A DNA stretch of 64,000 bases from Candidatus Tayloriibacteriota bacterium (GTDB taxonomy: Bacteria; Patescibacteriota; Minisyncoccia; Phycocordibacterales; PALSA-1337): positions 18,947-82,946 of the forward strand of contig JBAXUB010000001.1 of NCBI GenBank assembly GCA_037129895.1, in the 5' to 3' direction. The position numbers and the translations under genes are program-made. Below, one piece after another: positions 28,068 to 37,282 of this stretch (positions are counted from its first letter, which is position 1; each line of letters begins with the position of its first letter). Under the pieces are notes generated by a model. That model was not told where the DNA came from. It was given only the letters and a program-made list of their open reading frames with translations, and ran no database searches.

Positions 28068-28850
28068 CTATAAACCCTGAGTCAACGATACGATCTTGTA
28101 GCCTTTGTTTTCAATATCAGTAAATACTTTGTCCAATACATTACCTGTTATATCATCACCGATATGCATCAGATATATATTACCTGATGCTAGATTGGAC
28201 ATGATACGATCGATGACCTCTTGCTCCGTTACACCGATCGACTGTTCCCAATCGTGCGCGTCAACAGTCCACATTACAGATTGATACCCTGCCCTGGCCG
28301 CCACTCCCCTCACACGTTGGTCGCCATCACCATAAGGCAATCGAAAGAACGGCTTCGATGATGTTCCTAATGTAGCTTTTAGTAGCATGTCCATTCTATT
28401 CAACTCCTTGATAATTTCCTCACCTTTCATGACTGGCAAGTGCTGGTGATCATAAGTATGATTGAATATTTCATGACCTCCGGCGTTTATCTCTTTTACA
28501 AGTGCTTGATTTTCTCGAATGAACTTACCTGTGATGAAAAAAGTTCCCTTCACATGATGTTTGGCTAGTATTTGCAATATTTTCTCGCCGGATTGTGCTG
28601 TTGATCCTCCGTCAAATGTGAATACGACCTGCTTTTTACTCTGATCTCCATGAGTAATCTCTCTCGATGAGACTCCTAATCCAACATCGACCGGTATAAT
28701 ATCTTTTTTCCCATTATCGAGAATACTACCGATCACTACCAATACACATATGAGCAATATCACGACACCGATCCCCTTCACTATCGGAAACCGCTCTAGT
28801 GTGAAGCCTCTACCTGGAATCATGTTGCTGAGAAATTTATTTATTTTCAC
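28068..28850 (-). CDS. polysaccharide deacetylase (NodB family)
   Basis: FTFDG, NHTYDH, FRLPYG, LMH. Confidence 0.9.
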   Translation of the reverse strand: MKINKFLSNMIPGRGFTLERFPIVKGIGVVILLICVLVVIGSILDNGKKDIIPVDVGLGVSSREITHGDQSKKQVVFTFDGGSTAQSGEKILQILAKHHVKGTFFITGKFIRENQALVKEINAGGHEIFNHTYDHQHLPVMKGEEIIKELNRMDMLLKATLGTSSKPFFRLPYGDGDQRVRGVAARAGYQSVMWTVDAHDWEQSIGVTEQEVIDRIMSNLASGNIYLMHIGDDITGNVLDKVFTDIENKGYKIVSLTQGL

Positions 28851-28914
28851 CGCATTATTATATCACGTTGATAGATGACATTTGTACCGAGATATATACG
28901 CAAGTAATAAAAAA

Positions 28915-28941
28915 GTGACCACCCCCCGAAGGAAGTGGTCA
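28915..28941 (-). terminator. intrinsic terminator
   Basis: GTGACCAC...GTGGTCAC hairpin with T-run on the minus strand. Confidence 0.65.
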
Positions 28942-28974
28942 CATTGAATTTTTACCAGACTGGGCGACTGGCGG

Positions 28975-29271
28975 CTACCGGCGATGGTAGCGCCAGGCAC
29001 GACCATCGTGCCACCGTACCACTCCCGGCGAGTGGTAGTAGAATACCACGCCTGGTGGCGGCGCCTGGTATATCATGGGCGGGCCGTAATTTGCAAATGG
29101 CAACGGTGGCCCTGGCGGCGGACCTTCCACGTAAACGGGCTCCACATAGACGGGCGACGGAGATGACATAAAAGTCATTTTCGTCTTTCCGACTTGGAAA
29201 GCACAACCCGAGAACAGGCCGACCACCAGTAGCGCCACCGACACCAACACCGACATATTTTTCGTTTTCAT
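28975..29271 (-). CDS. small proline-rich lipoprotein
   Basis: Signal peptide plus LFSGC lipobox; Pro/Tyr-rich; GC-rich; own promoter and terminator. Confidence 0.6.
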   Translation of the reverse strand: MKTKNMSVLVSVALLVVGLFSGCAFQVGKTKMTFMSSPSPVYVEPVYVEGPPPGPPLPFANYGPPMIYQAPPPGVVFYYHSPGVVRWHDGRAWRYHRR

Positions 29272-29390
29272 AATTCTGGCTCCAAATTTATGAGGAAACA
29301 TATCCCCATATCTACCCTGTATTATACTACAAATCACCCATAAGTCAATACCTATGGAAATGGCCGGGTTACGGCGTATTATGACTTCTA

Positions 29391-29606
29391 TTACAATCCG
29401 AGAGTAGTACTATTCAATAATCCTGAGTAAGTACTCATGAATGACGGTATGACGAAGGCCAGAGCGATGAGTGGTAGAACGAAGACGATGACAGTCCCCC
29501 ACATCGTCCATAGATAATACTTTCTAGTCTTTTCAACAGAAACGAATATCTGATCTATGATCTCTCTTTGCTCACGAATTTCTTTTTCTATAGCTTGAAG
29601 GTCCAT
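29391..29606 (-). CDS. small membrane protein
   Basis: Coiled N-terminus, SVEKTRKY, one TM. Confidence 0.7.
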   Translation of the reverse strand: MDLQAIEKEIREQREIIDQIFVSVEKTRKYYLWTMWGTVIVFVLPLIALAFVIPSFMSTYSGLLNSTTLGL

Positions 29607-29632
29607 GGATGAATTATATCATTATAAGATAA

Positions 29633-30457
29633 TTAACGCGCTACCCAGAAATATATGAGGATCAATACGCCGAGAACTATTCTATAATAACCAAACAGTT
29701 TGAAATCGTGACTCTGTATGAACTTCATTATAAACTTGATAACGACTAGTGCTACGAGAAATGCTGTGACGAACCCGACCACCAGCAATACTATTTCCGA
29801 TCCACTGATCGACGCACCATGTTTCAATAAACTATAACCGGAAGCGGCGATCATCGTCGGTATAGCCAGGAAAAATGAGAACTCTACAGCCACTGACCTC
29901 GAGGCACCAAGCATCATAGCCCCTATGATGGTAGCGGCAGCTCTAGATGTCCCCGGAACCATCGATAGACATTGGATGAGCCCGATATAGAATGCCGTCA
30001 TATATGAAATATCTGCAACTGATCGGATCCTAGATTCTATCTGCTTTCTCTCTATGTATATGAGAATGATACCGCCAACGATGAGTGCTCCAGCAACCAC
30101 CCATGGACTGAATAACTTATTTTCAATGAAACTACCGAGTAGGCCCCCGATCAGTATTGCTGGGATGACACCGACGATAGTTTTCTTCCAAGTATTGAAT
30201 ACTTCGGATCTAGTCGTAGTTTGCACTCCAGTCGAAAGATCTGTCTTACCGAATGGCCAAAGCTTCGCCCAAAAAAATATGATAACTGCCAAAATCGCAC
30301 CGAGCTGGATCACCACATCGAACATCTTTGTAAACGACTCGCCAAAATTGACCCATTGATTGATGAGGATGAGGTGCCCTGTCGAAGAGATCGGCAAGAA
30401 TTCTGTGATTCCCTCCACAACACCGAGTATTAATGCTTTTATTATTGGTATGAACAT
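29633..30457 (-). CDS. uppP: undecaprenyl-diphosphate phosphatase
   Basis: GITEFLPISSTGH, PGTSRA. Confidence 0.96.
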   Translation of the reverse strand: MFIPIIKALILGVVEGITEFLPISSTGHLILINQWVNFGESFTKMFDVVIQLGAILAVIIFFWAKLWPFGKTDLSTGVQTTTRSEVFNTWKKTIVGVIPAILIGGLLGSFIENKLFSPWVVAGALIVGGIILIYIERKQIESRIRSVADISYMTAFYIGLIQCLSMVPGTSRAAATIIGAMMLGASRSVAVEFSFFLAIPTMIAASGYSLLKHGASISGSEIVLLVVGFVTAFLVALVVIKFIMKFIQSHDFKLFGYYRIVLGVLILIYFWVAR

Positions 30458-30462
30458 GGCGG

Positions 30463-31098
30463 TTATTTTTTTATAATAGTCATAATACAATCAGGATCTG
30501 CACCATTACCCATCGGACGATCACGCATTTCGACTCTATGACCATCCTGCTTGAGCGTCTCTAAATAATCCATGAATCCTTTCACCCCATCTTCTTTCTT
30601 TTGGAATTTCTCGAAGCCCTTGGGATCAATGTCTTTCATCCCCTGTTCAATATTTGCTTTATTGAAAGCTGTATAAATTTCTGGAGTAAAAATGTCTGCC
30701 ATAAACTTTCCGCCAGTCTTCAAGACTCTCAACATTTCATCTAACATTTTCTTACTATGATCAATGTCTTGAACATCCATAGGTAATACATGCTTGGCTG
30801 TTATAATGTCGAATGTTTCATCATCGAAATGTAGATCGTCTGCATTTTCATTGAACAACCCGTCTCGTTCTACCGTAAAGAACTTCTCACTTCTTTCTAC
30901 ACCAAAGGCGTTCTTGTTACCTCTAGCTTGTCTCAAATACAAGATGAAATCCCCCCTAGCAGTCCCAACATCCAATATCGACTTCTGTAAATCCTCTGGC
31001 GTCAATCCGAAATATTTGACATATTTATTAAATTTCTCCTCGTATTGCTGTACATTCTCTGTTTGTGTATCTATGATATTTTCTGGTGAATTACTCAT
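30463..31098 (-). CDS. class I SAM-dependent methyltransferase
   Basis: ILDVGTARG, FDDETFD, RVLKTGG. Confidence 0.85.
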   Translation of the reverse strand: MSNSPENIIDTQTENVQQYEEKFNKYVKYFGLTPEDLQKSILDVGTARGDFILYLRQARGNKNAFGVERSEKFFTVERDGLFNENADDLHFDDETFDIITAKHVLPMDVQDIDHSKKMLDEMLRVLKTGGKFMADIFTPEIYTAFNKANIEQGMKDIDPKGFEKFQKKEDGVKGFMDYLETLKQDGHRVEMRDRPMGNGADPDCIMTIIKK

Positions 31099-31149
31099 GT
31101 TTGTATTTTAATAATAGGATTATAGCAGAAATTTCCTTGACCATATTTA

Positions 31150-31917
31150 TCAACTTATGAGAGTTACCACCGCCGCCTTGTATATATCCATTTTCACTGA
31201 CTCTCTTTCAGTTTTCTGACTAATATGACTCTCATCACCCACAGTCTGACCATTGATAAGATTGTCACTAACATATAACAGTGCAGCACTTGGCACATTC
31301 TGTTGCTTAGAAACGGAAAATAAAGTCGCTGTCTCCATCTCTACACCAAAATATCCATCTTTTGACCATGACTCAATATGATCCCACGTCTCCCCCATCA
31401 TAGCCTGATTGCTAATAATCGGACCAGCCCAGACTTTGTTTTTCCCAGAATAATTACTTACCAACTGTTTACGTAAAGTATCATTAGAATAATGTCTATA
31501 ATCTTTTGCATTTGGTTCATACGTTCTCGTTGTACTTTCATTACCATAACTCCAAGATGGCGAAATTAACTCCATATCTCTAATATTAGGATTGAGTCCT
31601 CCACAGCTGCCAATATGAATATTCTTTTTTGATCCAAATAGGCTTGCCAGGTGTATCATCTCCGAAAGAAGTGCTCCACCATACATTACGACAAACCAAT
31701 ACTTTTTACTCTTAATATCTAATTCAAGTACATATGATAGAAAACCCTGACGTTTTATGATGGAATATTCAATTCCCAAATCCTTCAATGTTTTCTGGAT
31801 ATTCGAATCATGCTTTGCCCTATCCCAGGCACCATAGGATAAGAAGGCCTCCACGACATAATCATCCGGTAGATCAAACATATTAATAAAATCTTTGCGG
31901 GTAAAAGCTTTGTACAT
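31150..31917 (-). CDS. nucleoside phosphorylase (PNP/UDP family)
   Basis: IGSCGGL, GVEMET, VSDN. Confidence 0.8.
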   Translation of the reverse strand: MYKAFTRKDFINMFDLPDDYVVEAFLSYGAWDRAKHDSNIQKTLKDLGIEYSIIKRQGFLSYVLELDIKSKKYWFVVMYGGALLSEMIHLASLFGSKKNIHIGSCGGLNPNIRDMELISPSWSYGNESTTRTYEPNAKDYRHYSNDTLRKQLVSNYSGKNKVWAGPIISNQAMMGETWDHIESWSKDGYFGVEMETATLFSVSKQQNVPSAALLYVSDNLINGQTVGDESHISQKTERESVKMDIYKAAVVTLIS

Positions 31918-32005
31918 ACCAAAAGTCTATCAGGATAAGACATAAATGTCATCGCACACAACATAACCCTACCCCACCACACCACTTTGTGATAACATTC
32001 AAATC

Positions 32006-32365
32006 ATGGAAGGACCAAATGTAGAAAAATACGAAGCCGAAAACCTTATAAAGAAGACAGAACATGAAGATAAGATTGACGTTTCTAGCATAAAGATCGG
32101 CGATGAGATATTAATAGAAACTGGTGGATCAAAATACACTCTCGAACATAGAGAAGATGGCTTCTATATTTCTGGAAACCCCAAATACTGTCCAACACCA
32201 ACTAAAGTGATCATCCAAGGCTGCACTTGGGGTGGCTCAATGCTCATGAAAGACGTGATATCCGAAGGAATGCGTCTCGAATTCTCGATTATTGACACAA
32301 ACAAAACAGTAACAACCTCAGCGATCAAAAAGATTACAAACGGCTCACAGTCCATAGCCGAATGA
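32006..32365 (+). CDS. hypothetical protein
   Basis: 119-aa ORF; -10-like element just upstream. Confidence 0.65.
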   Translation: MEGPNVEKYEAENLIKKTEHEDKIDVSSIKIGDEILIETGGSKYTLEHREDGFYISGNPKYCPTPTKVIIQGCTWGGSMLMKDVISEGMRLEFSIIDTNKTVTTSAIKKITNGSQSIAE

Positions 32366-32405
32366 TGAATAGTCGATCCTACGATACATCCAAGCCCAAT
32401 TAGAT

Positions 32406-33965
32406 CTAATTACGCAAGAGTGGCAAACTCACCACGAACGAAGTACCCCTACCCTCACCGCCAGACTCAACTCGGATTTTGCCGCCATGTTTTCCTACGA
32501 TCTTCTTTGACAGGAACAAACCGATTCCCATACCCTCCGTATCGGACTTCATTGCTTTTTCTGTTCTATAAAACTTCGTGAATATATATCCTAGATCTTC
32601 CTTGCTTATACCGATACCCGTATCAGAAACTCTGATCGTCACGAATCTATTGTCATCGATCGTCTCAATGGAGATCCTGCCACCACTCGGTGTATATGTG
32701 ACTGCATTATCGATAAGTGTTTGAAAGACAAACTGTATTTTGTTCGTATCAACAGAGACCAACCCTTTCGACTGGAGCATCGTCTCGAAGTGGATATTCT
32801 TTGCCTTGGCCCTACTATTACAATTCTCACAGACAATTTTGATCAATTTGTTAACCTCAGTTGGTGCTAGCCTATACTCATAACTCTTGTCACTGGGATC
32901 AGCTAGGTTGACTAGGAGATTTGTGAGGTCGATCAATCTCTCATTGGCTCTCTGTATATGTTCGACATCAGGTTTGAGATTGGCTGGAACACCTTTCGCT
33001 AGATTATCCACGGACCATTTGACCCAGGTGAGAGGCGTACGGAATTTGTGTGTAATTACACTGATGAACTCATACTTCAAGACATCGGTTTCCCTGATCC
33101 TTCTCCAGACAATGAGAACAGCGACAGCTCCGATCATAGCCAACACGAGAGATGTCAGCCAATTCGGGAACAATGGAGAACTCTGAATGATCAGACTGTT
33201 GATATAGTTCAAGAATATGAGCGCTATACCGATCACACCCGATACTATTGCGTAAATAAACGCCCTCTTCGCCACAATGTTGATATTCATCAATTCAAAA
33301 TTTAGAGCGGCGTATGTAAACGGAATACAATAGAAAGGCACGAACAGGAATCCCCATACTGGATCGATAGGAATATTGTATATCAAAAGAAAATCGATCG
33401 ACCCAATCGTATACCCAAGGATCAAAGCAATAAAGAAATATTTCATTCTATTTTTCTCAATTATACTTGCTGCCAGATAAAGTTTTCGCATCTGGTAGAA
33501 CATGTACAAGACAACCCCAAAGAAGAACAGGAGCATCACCCAATAATATGGCCCAGGCTCATAATAATTCGGGAAGTACAATTTTGGAACAGATTCAACT
33601 AGGAAAAGCCTCGGATTAATGATGAAAAATGCGAGAAGACCGACACCAATAACGTACAACAGGGTTATTGTTTTCCTATATTCAATATGTTTACCGAGTA
33701 AAGCTAAAATACAATGGATCCCAAAGACTGGCAAAAATATATCCACCAAGTTGAACATCAGTATACGTCGTGACAATTCACTATCTTCAACACTGACACC
33801 GATAGCGTGTGATGTGATGAATATGGTAACGCCAGCATACAGCAAGAGTAATATGACCTTAGCAATATTATTCTTGGCCTTGACCAAAGCGAACAATGAA
33901 AAAAAGATCATGAGCAAAATGTCGATAGAATATACAATGTCATGAATTAGTAGATGAATATTCAT
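32406..33965 (-). CDS. membrane sensor histidine kinase (multi-TM input)
   Basis: HKFRTPL H-box, N-box, DTGIGI, GIGL. Confidence 0.93.
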   Translation of the reverse strand: MNIHLLIHDIVYSIDILLMIFFSLFALVKAKNNIAKVILLLLYAGVTIFITSHAIGVSVEDSELSRRILMFNLVDIFLPVFGIHCILALLGKHIEYRKTITLLYVIGVGLLAFFIINPRLFLVESVPKLYFPNYYEPGPYYWVMLLFFFGVVLYMFYQMRKLYLAASIIEKNRMKYFFIALILGYTIGSIDFLLIYNIPIDPVWGFLFVPFYCIPFTYAALNFELMNINIVAKRAFIYAIVSGVIGIALIFLNYINSLIIQSSPLFPNWLTSLVLAMIGAVAVLIVWRRIRETDVLKYEFISVITHKFRTPLTWVKWSVDNLAKGVPANLKPDVEHIQRANERLIDLTNLLVNLADPSDKSYEYRLAPTEVNKLIKIVCENCNSRAKAKNIHFETMLQSKGLVSVDTNKIQFVFQTLIDNAVTYTPSGGRISIETIDDNRFVTIRVSDTGIGISKEDLGYIFTKFYRTEKAMKSDTEGMGIGLFLSKKIVGKHGGKIRVESGGEGRGTSFVVSLPLLRN

Positions 33966-34077
33966 TGGTAGAACAACTTAAATCTTGTATCAATTATACC
34001 AGAGATATATGTTTTAGAATATTGTATAAGTAAAAGAAAGTCCTGACCGTAGCCAGAACTCTCTTGTTCCGCCACGA

Positions 34078-34512
34078 TCAGGACTGTTTGAAGTTGTCCT
34101 CGACTATCACAAAGAGTGTTTGCCTATCGAACAACCCGTGTGATGGTAAATGGAAGCCGCACGTCCTCAACATATTGAAGTCAACCGATAATATCGACTC
34201 CAAGCTGGTAACCAGGTCATCGATGGTGCTTTCGACGAATGCCAATGAAGAGGAAACGATCATACGGTACCCAAATCGTCCTTCCCCATCTACGTCGACA
34301 TAGACGTCGACAATCTCGGCCCCCTGCGGACCAGCGTCTGGCATAGATATCTTCATCCCTTTGGGTGGAAGAGCTGGAAGTGATATGTTGCCCTCGAAGA
34401 TATATGCAGGCAGTTCTGCCCACCGAGTCTCTCCTGGTAAAGATTCCTTTTGGAGACCTATTTTCACCCCATAATTCCACTGAACAGACATTTTCATAAC
34501 TTCTTCCTTCAT
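34078..34512 (-). CDS. hypothetical protein (cassette 4)
   Basis: ORF with its own promoter-like region, next to a 28-bp repeat. Confidence 0.55.
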   Translation of the reverse strand: MKEEVMKMSVQWNYGVKIGLQKESLPGETRWAELPAYIFEGNISLPALPPKGMKISMPDAGPQGAEIVDVYVDVDGEGRFGYRMIVSSSLAFVESTIDDLVTSLESILSVDFNMLRTCGFHLPSHGLFDRQTLFVIVEDNFKQS

Positions 34513-34646
34513 CGATTTACTATCCGAGACAATCTATGTCTCCTAGGTGCTTGTGTCGACAAGCATTTATCACCTAGCTCGAAATGAGAAAGTTCAATCT
34601 TCTGAGATTCGAACATATATTTCTGTATTTTGCAAGGTGGATTCAC

Positions 34647-34674
34647 TGGGTCCACTATTGGATAGATTTAGAAC
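34647..34674 (+). repeat. 28-bp cassette-boundary repeat, copy A
   Basis: TGGGTCCACTATTGGATAGATTTAGAAC; 27/28 identical to 35104-35131. Confidence 0.85.
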
Positions 34675-34718
34675 TTGTTTGGGATAAAAGAATAACCACC
34701 TAGTCTCTACTCAGGTGG

Positions 34719-35063
34719 TTACTGTGTTCCAAACCTATTCTTCTGTTCCGCTGGCCAAAGCGGACAATGCGCGACAAATGTCGCTATCATCCCATTGGTT
34801 ATGTGGTACCAAAACAGCTCTCCGCAACCCGGACACTTCGCTACCACTGCCAGATTAGCTCCGGTCGCGTCTGAGCTGGTGGCATGCTTGGTAAAACCAA
34901 CAACCATGCGCGCCATCCGGCGGATGTTGCCAGATGGATAGATGCGTGTGTCTTTACAGTCTTCCGTACACATATAAACACACATACGGTCTTGAGCTTT
35001 GTCAGCATCAGTCCACTTAAGTCCCCAATCGGAAACAGCTTCTCCTGTTTCGTATTCGTTCAT
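34719..35063 (-). CDS. hypothetical protein with CxxC (cassette 3)
   Basis: CPGCGELFWYH; followed by AACCACC...GGTGGTT terminator. Confidence 0.65.
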   Translation of the reverse strand: MNEYETGEAVSDWGLKWTDADKAQDRMCVYMCTEDCKDTRIYPSGNIRRMARMVVGFTKHATSSDATGANLAVVAKCPGCGELFWYHITNGMIATFVAHCPLWPAEQKNRFGTQ

Positions 35064-35103
35064 AAATAAAAAGGGCTTCGCACTAATTATAGCACAAATA
35101 ACA

Positions 35104-35131
35104 TGGGTCCCCTATTGGATAGATTTAGAAC
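35104..35131 (+). repeat. 28-bp cassette-boundary repeat, copy B
   Basis: TGGGTCCCCTATTGGATAGATTTAGAAC. Confidence 0.85.
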
Positions 35132-35196
35132 CTGCTACGGGTAAGAAAAGAGCCCACAAGGTGAGATGTAAACTCCTTCCTCGTGAGCCTTTGAAA

Positions 35197-35772
35197 CTAA
35201 TCAGTCTTCCGCACCTGAATCGGGTATTTCGAAGCCCAATACTTCGTGAGCTCCACCCACTTATCGCCTGACAGGACAAATGTGGTCTTGTGAACAGTCA
35301 TTGCCTCGGCGAGCCATCCCCCCTTACTTGCTCCCAGTGCGATAGCGAGTGACGACACAAGCCTGATGATCGTTTCGCAGAATCCGACCTTTCCAATTGG
35401 TCTGACCAGAACCCAAATATTTCCATACTTGAGTTCTTCTTCCGTCTTAGGTCCGCTGACAATAACGTCAATGTTTCCATTCAACCACTCATTTACGACC
35501 GGCACTATTTCTTTCAGGTCATCTTCTTCGGGAGCGCGGAGGCGGATATCTTCCACTCTGCAAGAGAGCACCCCTTCTTTTCCGTTCTCCGAATGGGCCT
35601 CGACACGCCACAAGAAGAATGGACTAGCTAGCGTGCCACTATTAAGGGCCTTCGTGTGCGCAGTGAACCGTGTCCTGCAGAGGGCTATTGAACGACCCTC
35701 ACTATTTGTTTTACGCCACCATACGAATGTATCCTGCCTGGTGGGAGGCAGTCTTTTTCGTCCTCTTTTCAA
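35197..35772 (-). CDS. hypothetical protein (cassette 2)
   Basis: 191-aa ORF preceded by AGGAAA and a TTGACA-17-TAGGCT promoter. Confidence 0.6.
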   Translation of the reverse strand: MKRGRKRLPPTRQDTFVWWRKTNSEGRSIALCRTRFTAHTKALNSGTLASPFFLWRVEAHSENGKEGVLSCRVEDIRLRAPEEDDLKEIVPVVNEWLNGNIDVIVSGPKTEEELKYGNIWVLVRPIGKVGFCETIIRLVSSLAIALGASKGGWLAEAMTVHKTTFVLSGDKWVELTKYWASKYPIQVRKTD

Positions 35773-35881
35773 TTTTCCTTTCCCTGTCTACTATCCTTGC
35801 CACGTTATGCGACAAGCGGCCAATAATCAATCAGCACGTTATAAGACAGTTCTAAAATTAGCCTACAATCATTAAGTTGTT

Positions 35882-35918
35882 TTGTCAAGCTGGGTGCCGT
35901 CGTAGAGGTTATTAGAAC
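35882..35918 (+). repeat. degenerate boundary repeat, copy C
   Basis: TGGGT-N16-TTAGAAC (28 bp); TTGTCAAGCTGGGTG identical to the tRNA-His 3' junction at 36515-36529. Confidence 0.7.
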
Positions 35919-36044
35919 TATTTTTGAGAGGAGGAATGATGTGACGATTTATATTCCTGCATTCTGCCCCTCGCTTGAGTTCACTATATAAAAGGCAAAC
36001 CGCAGAGATTGCTCCCTGCGGCTGTTTGAAATTGACTCAAGGAC

Positions 36045-36383
36045 TTACTTTTGCTTTAACTCGTTCGTCTGCGAGTCCCACTCGAATTGGTGCAAACATT
36101 CCTTGACACACGTGACGCTGAAGATGATATTGGCCTTACCCCCGTAGGTGCCGTCTGGAGCTGGAGACAGGATGACAGTACCGTACACATCAAATTCACC
36201 TTGACTACCAGTTTGAAACGCCATCTTTCCGTCGAAGTTTATCGTCTTCTCATCAGCTTCGTTTGCGCTCTTGAGGTTGACTTCGTGTTCACCGAAACGA
36301 ACCTTACGATTTACTACGAGTTCCACAGCTTCGACTAACAGAGAAGTGGCCAGAGCGGTTGAGGCGAATATTTTGATTTTCAT
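36045..36383 (-). CDS. hypothetical protein (cassette 1)
   Basis: AGGAG SD, upstream promoter, downstream hairpin. Confidence 0.7.
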   Translation of the reverse strand: MKIKIFASTALATSLLVEAVELVVNRKVRFGEHEVNLKSANEADEKTINFDGKMAFQTGSQGEFDVYGTVILSPAPDGTYGGKANIIFSVTCVKECLHQFEWDSQTNELKQK

Positions 36384-36492
36384 ATGTACTCCTTTGAGCT
36401 ACTCTAGGCGCATCCTAGAAAGACTCTAAACTGGGCATTTGCCCGCTGGTTCGAGCTGAAGTGCCAAACCTAGCAGTTTTGAATCTTTATGT

Positions 36493-36521
36493 ATTATACA
36501 CCTCTTATAGTGTATTGTCAA
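36493..36521 (-). promoter_or_regulatory. consensus sigma70 promoter abutting the tRNA-His 3' end
   Basis: TTGACA-17 nt-TATAAT on the minus strand. Confidence 0.8.
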
Positions 36522-36523
36522 GC

Positions 36524-36598
36524 TGGGTGACTAATGGGATTCGAACCCATACTGCGGCTTTCACAGAGCCGAGTGCTAACCATTACACCATAGCCACC
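36524..36598 (-). tRNA. tRNA-His(GTG)
   Basis: Cloverleaf, loop CTGTGAA, G-1 present, TTCGAAT. Confidence 0.95.
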
Positions 36599-36627
36599 AT
36601 ATACCCCAAACCTTTACCTACACCAAA

Positions 36628-37179
36628 CTACTCATAAGTCGGGGACTCCTCATTTATACCAGATTTATGGTTAGTAAGTCGAGCCATGGCATAGAACAAC
36701 GAAGAAAGCCTGTTCATGAACGCCAGTGTCTCCTTACCAACTTTTATCTCCCCCTTCTCCTCTCCCGCCACTATTCTACGCTCTGCCTTGCGTGCCATCG
36801 TACGTGAAATATCTAACATTGCAGCCATCTCTGTGCCACCAGAAACAAAAAACGTTTTTATTGGTGGCATCGCTTTCTCCATAGCATCAATCCATGTTTC
36901 CATCTTTTTGACCTTATTTCCATCGATCGTTTTCTCGGCACCAGCTACTTCTGCTTGGACGATGAATAGGCCATTCTGAGCCCAATCGATCATTTGCTCA
37001 ATTTTCATTCCATCCACTTTCCATCTGAACGATTTTGACCTGACCTTGACCATACCTAGAAAAGAATTGACCTCGTCCAAAGTTCCCAAAGCTTCGGCTG
37101 TCATAGAATTCTTGGACATTCTCTGATCACAACCAAATTTCTTTGTTTTTCCATCATCGCCTTTTCTCGTGTATAACAT
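36628..37179 (-). CDS. PduO-type cob(I)alamin adenosyltransferase family protein
   Basis: YTRKGDDG, GTLDEVNS, R..AR.AER, NRLS. Confidence 0.9.
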   Translation of the reverse strand: MLYTRKGDDGKTKKFGCDQRMSKNSMTAEALGTLDEVNSFLGMVKVRSKSFRWKVDGMKIEQMIDWAQNGLFIVQAEVAGAEKTIDGNKVKKMETWIDAMEKAMPPIKTFFVSGGTEMAAMLDISRTMARKAERRIVAGEEKGEIKVGKETLAFMNRLSSLFYAMARLTNHKSGINEESPTYE

Positions 37180-37180
37180 G

Positions 37181-37264
37181 TGCGCGAGAGAGGACTTGAA
37201 CCTCCAAGCCCATAAGGGCACATCCACCTCAAGGATGCGTGTCTGCCAATTTCACCACTCGCGC
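37181..37264 (-). tRNA. tRNA-Leu(GAG)
   Basis: Cloverleaf with long variable arm, loop TTGAGGT. Confidence 0.95.
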
Positions 37265-37282
37265 GTCTTTTTGTCAACTACA

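Noticed and set aside
34647-35918. Repeats as a CRISPR array or classical integron attC sites
   Set aside because: Spacing is gene-sized, there are no cas genes, and I see no RYYYAAC/GTTRRRY inverted-core structure or intI.
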